The notes beneath the pieces are model-generated. The model had not been told where the DNA came from, did not search any database, and saw only the letters and a list, made by a program, of their open reading frames with translations. From Alphaproteobacteria bacterium (GTDB lineage Bacteria > Pseudomonadota > Alphaproteobacteria > UBA7887): a stretch of 64,000 nucleotides of DNA. The stretch covers positions 2,338,831-2,402,830 of the forward strand of contig OZ243958.1 in the NCBI GenBank assembly GCA_965214495.1. Direction: 5' to 3'. Both the position numbers and the translations under genes were made by a program. Shown one piece after another: positions 59,978 to 64,000 of the stretch. The number at the start of each line of letters is the position of its first letter. Positions within the stretch are counted from its first letter, which is position 1.

Positions 59978-60703
59978 ATGACCGAACGGGTCGCCATCGT
60001 TACCGGCGGCACACGAGGAATCGGCGCCGCGGTCTCGCGGGCGCTGGATTCCGAGGGCTACCGGGTTGCCGCCGTCTATGCCGGAAACGACGAGCGCGCA
60101 GGCGCATTCAATGCGGAAACCGGCGTCCCGACCTACAGGTGGGATGTATCGGACTTCGCAGCGTGCGAAGCCGGCGTCGGCCGAATTGCCGCCGACCTCG
60201 GGCCGATCGAGGTGCTGGTCAACAATGCGGGCATCACACGCGACGGCACCATGCACCGCATGACCCGCGATATGTGGCAAGCGGTGATCGACACCAATAT
60301 CGGCTCGTGCTTCAACATGGCGCGCTGTGTCATCGATGGCATGAGAGAGCGCGGCTTCGGGCGTATCGTGAATATCGGCTCGATCAACGGCCAGGCCGGA
60401 CAATACGGTCAGGTGAACTACGCAGCGGCCAAGTCGGGCATCCACGGCTTCACCAAGGCACTGGCGCAGGAGGGCGCAGCGAAGGGCATCACGGTGAACG
60501 CCATCGCGCCGGGCTATATCGACACCGACATGGTCGCCGCGGTGCCCGAGCGGGTGCTGAAACGCATCGTCGAGCGCATCCCCGTCGGGCGACTCGGCAG
60601 GGCGGAAGAGATTGCGCGCGCGGTGGTGTTCCTCGTCGCCGACGACGCAGGCTTCATCACCGGTTCGACCCTGTCCATCAACGGCGGTCAGCACATGTAT
60701 TGA
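59978..60703 (+). CDS. phbB: acetoacetyl-CoA reductase
   Basis: MTERVAIVTGGTRGIGAA..., NNAGITRD, Y-x3-K (YAAAK). 241 aa. Follows phaC. Confidence 0.92.
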   Translation: MTERVAIVTGGTRGIGAAVSRALDSEGYRVAAVYAGNDERAGAFNAETGVPTYRWDVSDFAACEAGVGRIAADLGPIEVLVNNAGITRDGTMHRMTRDMWQAVIDTNIGSCFNMARCVIDGMRERGFGRIVNIGSINGQAGQYGQVNYAAAKSGIHGFTKALAQEGAAKGITVNAIAPGYIDTDMVAAVPERVLKRIVERIPVGRLGRAEEIARAVVFLVADDAGFITGSTLSINGGQHMY

Positions 60704-60735
60704 GCGCTCATCGCGAGCCGAATCGGGAGTCCCGT

Positions 60736-61722
60736 ATGCGTGCCGTGGTGTGCCGGACCCTCGGGCCGCCCGACACGCTGGCTGTCGAGGATATCCCCGC
60801 GCCGAGGCCGCGCCCCGGCGAGGCGTCGATCCGCGTCTCTCACGCCGGCGTGAATTTCCCCGACAAGCTGATGGTCGCGGGCCTGTATCAGCACAAGCCG
60901 CCACTGCCTTTCGTGCCGGGTATGGAAGTGTCGGGCGAAATCGTCGAAATGGCTTCTCTTCCGGGCGCGCCTCTGGCCCACGACCTGCGGCCCGGCATGA
61001 AGGTCGTCGCCGGTGTGCGCGGCGGCGGCTACGCGGAGAGCGTGACCGCGCCGCTGGCGCAGGTCAGACCGGTTCCCGGCGGGTTGAGCGACGTCGAGGC
61101 GGCAGCCTGGCCGGTCGCAGCGCAGACCGCCTGGGTTGCGCTGGTCGAGCGCGGCCGGCTCGGGGCGGGCGAGCGCGTACTCGTCCTCGGCGCGGGCGGC
61201 GGTGTCGGTCTCGCGGCGGTGCAACTCGCCTCGGCGAGCGGCGCGACGGTCATCGCGGCCGCGAGCACGGCGGAGAAGCGCGCCGCCGCGGCGACGGCGG
61301 GAGCCCATCGCACGATCGCGCCCGACGGCGACCTCAAGGCCGCGGTTCTGCCGCTGACCGGCGGTCGCGGCGTCGATCTGGTTTACGATCCGGTCGGCGG
61401 AGACCTGTTCGGCCGGGCGATCCGGACCCTGGTGTGGGGCGGGCGCTATCTCGTCGTCGGCTTCGCTTCGGGGCGCATTCCGTCGCTGGCGATCAACCTG
61501 GCCCTCATCAAGGGGCTGTCGGTGATCGGCGTGCGCGCCGGCGAGCAGATCCGGCAGGATCCGCCAAGCGGTCCGCGCATCCACCGCGCCATCGAGTCTC
61601 TCGCCGCACGCGGCAGGCTGACCCCGCGCATCCACGCCGTCCTTCCGCTCGACCGCGCGGCGGACGCGCTCGACAGACTCGGCCGCCGCGAGGTCATCGG
61701 CAAGATCGTTCTTTCCACGTAG
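60736..61722 (+). CDS. NADPH:quinone oxidoreductase (zinc-independent MDR family)
   Basis: MRAVVCRTLGPPDTLAVEDIPAPRP..., GAGGGVGLAAVQLA cofactor site. 328 aa. Confidence 0.85.
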   Translation: MRAVVCRTLGPPDTLAVEDIPAPRPRPGEASIRVSHAGVNFPDKLMVAGLYQHKPPLPFVPGMEVSGEIVEMASLPGAPLAHDLRPGMKVVAGVRGGGYAESVTAPLAQVRPVPGGLSDVEAAAWPVAAQTAWVALVERGRLGAGERVLVLGAGGGVGLAAVQLASASGATVIAAASTAEKRAAAATAGAHRTIAPDGDLKAAVLPLTGGRGVDLVYDPVGGDLFGRAIRTLVWGGRYLVVGFASGRIPSLAINLALIKGLSVIGVRAGEQIRQDPPSGPRIHRAIESLAARGRLTPRIHAVLPLDRAADALDRLGRREVIGKIVLST

Positions 61723-61733
61723 CGCGGCGCCCC

Positions 61734-62114
61734 TCAATCTTTGGTTTCGAGCGCCTCCAGAAACGGCATGTCGAGCGGTAGAACGGCGCCGAGCCATAAC
61801 GCGAAACGCCCGTGATCCGCGACGTCGTCCCCGGTTCGCGGATGCACCAGAACCGTCAGACCGTTCCGGTTCAGCATCAGCCACGGGACGAAAGCCGGAA
61901 ACAGCGGCGTGTCGAACGCCACCTGGTACATGGGTTGTGGATGCGGGCCGACAGGGGAGTCGCGCCAGCGTCCGAGCCTGACGGCGAATCGGGCCTCGAT
62001 CGCCGTGCGCAACGCCGCCGCGCGCTCCCGGCTTTCGCCGTCGGGATAATAAACGTGGGCATGATAGCCCTCGATGCGGCCGGCATCGACCGTCGCTCCT
62101 CCGTCGCTGCTCAT
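61734..62114 (-). CDS. DOPA 4,5-dioxygenase-family protein (YgiD-like)
   Basis: ...EGYHAHVYY... signature. 126 aa. Confidence 0.75.
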   Translation of the reverse strand: MSSDGGATVDAGRIEGYHAHVYYPDGESRERAAALRTAIEARFAVRLGRWRDSPVGPHPQPMYQVAFDTPLFPAFVPWLMLNRNGLTVLVHPRTGDDVADHGRFALWLGAVLPLDMPFLEALETKD

Positions 62115-62220
62115 GGTGCGAACTCCCTTTGGGGGGCGAGCCAGCCGGACGCCAGCGCGGCCGAGGCGATTGAACCGGCCGCTTGCACCCTCTCGCGCCG
62201 ACGCATATCTATTCCGTCAT

Positions 62221-62296
62221 GCCGCCTTAGCTCAGCCGGTAGAGCATCGCATTCGTAATGCGAGGGTCGCAAGTTCGAATCTTGCAGGCGGCACCA
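62221..62296 (+). tRNA. tRNA-Thr (CGU)
   Basis: GCCGCCTTAGCTCAGCCGGTAGAGCATCGCATTCGTAATGCGAGGGTCGCAAGTTCGAATCTTGCAGGCGGCACCA. Anticodon CGT. Confidence 0.9.
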
Positions 62297-62323
62297 GCCC
62301 TCTCGCACCAACAAATACAGCCG

Positions 62324-62797
62324 TCAATCGTCGCGGTATGTTTTCTCCAGCCGCTCATGACGCTCCTGCGCTTCGATCGACAGGGTGGCGATCGGCCTCG
62401 CTTCCAACCGTTTGAGACCGATGGGTTCGCCCGTCTCTTCGCAATAGCCGTAACTGCCGTCGTCGATCCGGCCCAGGGCGGCGTCGATCTTGGTCAGCAG
62501 TTTGCGCGCGCGGTCGCGAGTCCGTAACGCGATCAGACGTTCGCTTTCGGCCGAAGCGCGGTCGGCGAGATCGGGCTCCGGCTCGCTGCCGTTCTGCAAA
62601 AGCGCGATGGCTTCGCGCGATTCGGCGAGAACATCGGCCCGCCAGCGAAGCAATTTGCGGCGAAAATACGTGCGCTGGCGCGGCCCCATGAAGGTTTCGT
62701 CCGAACATGGGCGATAACCGTCGGGCAGCGCCGGCTCCGTGGCCGGCGTGCTCACCTGCCCGTCCGGAGGGCCGGCGGCCGTGCTCGGTGCGGACAT
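62324..62797 (-). CDS. dksA: RNA polymerase-binding transcription factor DksA
   Basis: ...YRPCSDETFMGPRQRTYFRRKLLRWRADVL...LRTRDRARKLLTKIDAALGRIDDGSYGYCEETGEPIGLKRLEARPIATLSIEAQERHE... Start at the MSAPS Met. The ORF-track extension is a high-GC artefact. Confidence 0.85.
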   Translation of the reverse strand: MSAPSTAAGPPDGQVSTPATEPALPDGYRPCSDETFMGPRQRTYFRRKLLRWRADVLAESREAIALLQNGSEPEPDLADRASAESERLIALRTRDRARKLLTKIDAALGRIDDGSYGYCEETGEPIGLKRLEARPIATLSIEAQERHERLEKTYRDD

Positions 62798-63065
62798 GCA
62801 GCCCCTGTCGTGGTCGAAACGTCGGCGCGCAGTATATGAATCGGCCCGTTGCACCGCAACGAAGACCTGCGCACGGGCAGCGCTCCGCACCATACGTCGC
62901 GGAACGGGGCGCTGCCGGCTGAGGGAACTCCCCGGTCTTCGAATGGCGGCATCCTGATATAAGGCGGGGCAGGATCGGATTCGCACGACCTCGCCAGAGT
63001 CCGTTCCGCGAACGCCATTCCCGGATGACAGGATGCGTCGGCGCATGACTGCCGCACTTCCCGCC

Positions 63066-64000
63066 TTCGTCTGACATGCATCTGCTCGCCGCCGCGCCGG
63101 GAGCCGTTGTCGACGGTTCGGAAGCCGTGGATCTCGGCCAAACGCCGGGCGACATCGTGGTGTTGAGCGCCGCAGATACGGAACTCGCGGCGCTTTCGGC
63201 AGCGCATGAGGGCCATCCGACGCTGCGGCTCGCCAACCTGTTGCGGCTCGGCCACCATATGTCGGTCGATCTCTACGTCGAGACCGTGATCGCGCAGGCG
63301 CGGCTGGTCGTCGTCCGCCTGCTCGGCGGCGCCGCCTACTGGCCTTACGGTATCGAGCGCGTCGCCCGGTGCTGCCGCGATAACGGGGTCGCGCTTGCCG
63401 TTCTGCCGGGCGACGATCAGCCGGACCCGGAACTGGCCGCGCTGTGCACCCTCCCGGTCGCGGCCTGGCAACGCCTGTGGCGGTATTGCGTGCACGGCGG
63501 CGCGGCAAATTTCCGTAACTTCCTGCGCTACGCCGCGCATCTGCTCGGCGAACCGGCGATGTGGGTCGAACCGGCGCCGCTGCTGCGCGCCGGCCTCTAT
63601 CGTCGAGCCGCCGCCGGTCCGGATCGGCCGGTCGCGGCGCTGGTGTTCTATCGGGCGCTTTTCCAGGCCGGTCATCTTGCGCCCGTCGAAGCGCTGATCT
63701 CGGCGCTCTCCCGGCGCGGCCTCGACGTATTGGCCGCCTGGGTGTCGAGCCTTCGGGACCCGGTCGCGGCCGGCACGCTGACGGCGCTGTTCGCCGACAC
63801 ACCACCGGACGTGGTCCTGAACGCGACCGGGTTCGCCGTCTCCCGGCCCGGCGAGCCGCGCGCCGCCTCGCCCTTCGACGGCCTCGACGCGCCGGTGTTG
63901 CAGGTCGTGTTCGCCGGCGGCGCGGAAGCGGCATGGCGAGCGGGAACCAACGGCCTGTCGGCGCGAGACATCGCCATGAACGTGGCTCTGCCCGAAGTGG
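63066..64000 (+). CDS. cobN: cobaltochelatase subunit CobN, N-terminal part (3' end outside window)
   Basis: MHLLAAAPGAVVDGSEAVDLGQTPGDIVVLSAADTELAALSAAH... is the canonical CobN N-terminus. cobS and cobT lie upstream in the same window. Confidence 0.85.

Noticed and set aside
62798-63934. Extension of the minus-strand ORF (536 aa) beyond dksA
   Set aside because: Overlaps cobN on the opposite strand. Arg/Pro-rich translation. DksA homology starts at the MSAPS Met (62797).

Overview
High-GC (~68%) alphaproteobacterial chromosome segment, probably Rhodospirillales-like. Most of it is housekeeping genes in tight operons: aspS 3' end, B12-dependent nrdJ, asd, leuBDC, the rplS-trmD-rimM-rpsP-ffh block, folD, clpS-clpA, prpE-like ligase, cobS-cobT-cobN, phaR-phaC-phbB, dksA, tRNA-Gln and tRNA-Thr. 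Three regions look accessory. (1) A Wzx/Wzy-type polysaccharide locus at ~6.7-25.2 kb. It holds a Gfo/Idh/MocA oxidoreductase and a GT2 on the minus strand, then a translationally coupled operon of a giant 2010-aa membrane protein, three tandem paralogous GT4 glycosyltransferases and a Wzx-like flippase, followed by a low-GC GT4, an IS5 remnant and asnB. The giant protein is the standout. Its N- and C-terminal parts carry the two conserved halves of an O-antigen ligase/polymerase (Wzy_C/WaaL-type) domain. These are split by a ~1550-aa insertion of nine tandem plant-type (24-residue PS-LRR) leucine-rich-repeat modules, each with a Cys-containing LRRNT-like cap, and all predicted periplasmic. 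I do not recognise this architecture as described. (2) A truncated rRNA operon tail at 26.08-26.94 kb: the 3' ~520 nt of 23S, 5S and tRNA-fMet, fused to a truncated phoX-like N-terminus. This marks a rearrangement or assembly breakpoint next to the polysaccharide locus. (3) A ~4.1 kb lower-GC mosaic insertion at 44.7-48.8 kb that splits the NUDIX/D-aminoacylase junction. It is flanked by imperfect direct repeats of the target. Its cargo is an IS5 transposase, a frameshifted IS630 transposase, a decayed RHH antitoxin with no toxin, a COG3541 nucleotidyltransferase and a small Gly-rich protein missing from the ORF track. No CRISPR array was found. The long antisense ORFs across the LRR repeats are artefacts.
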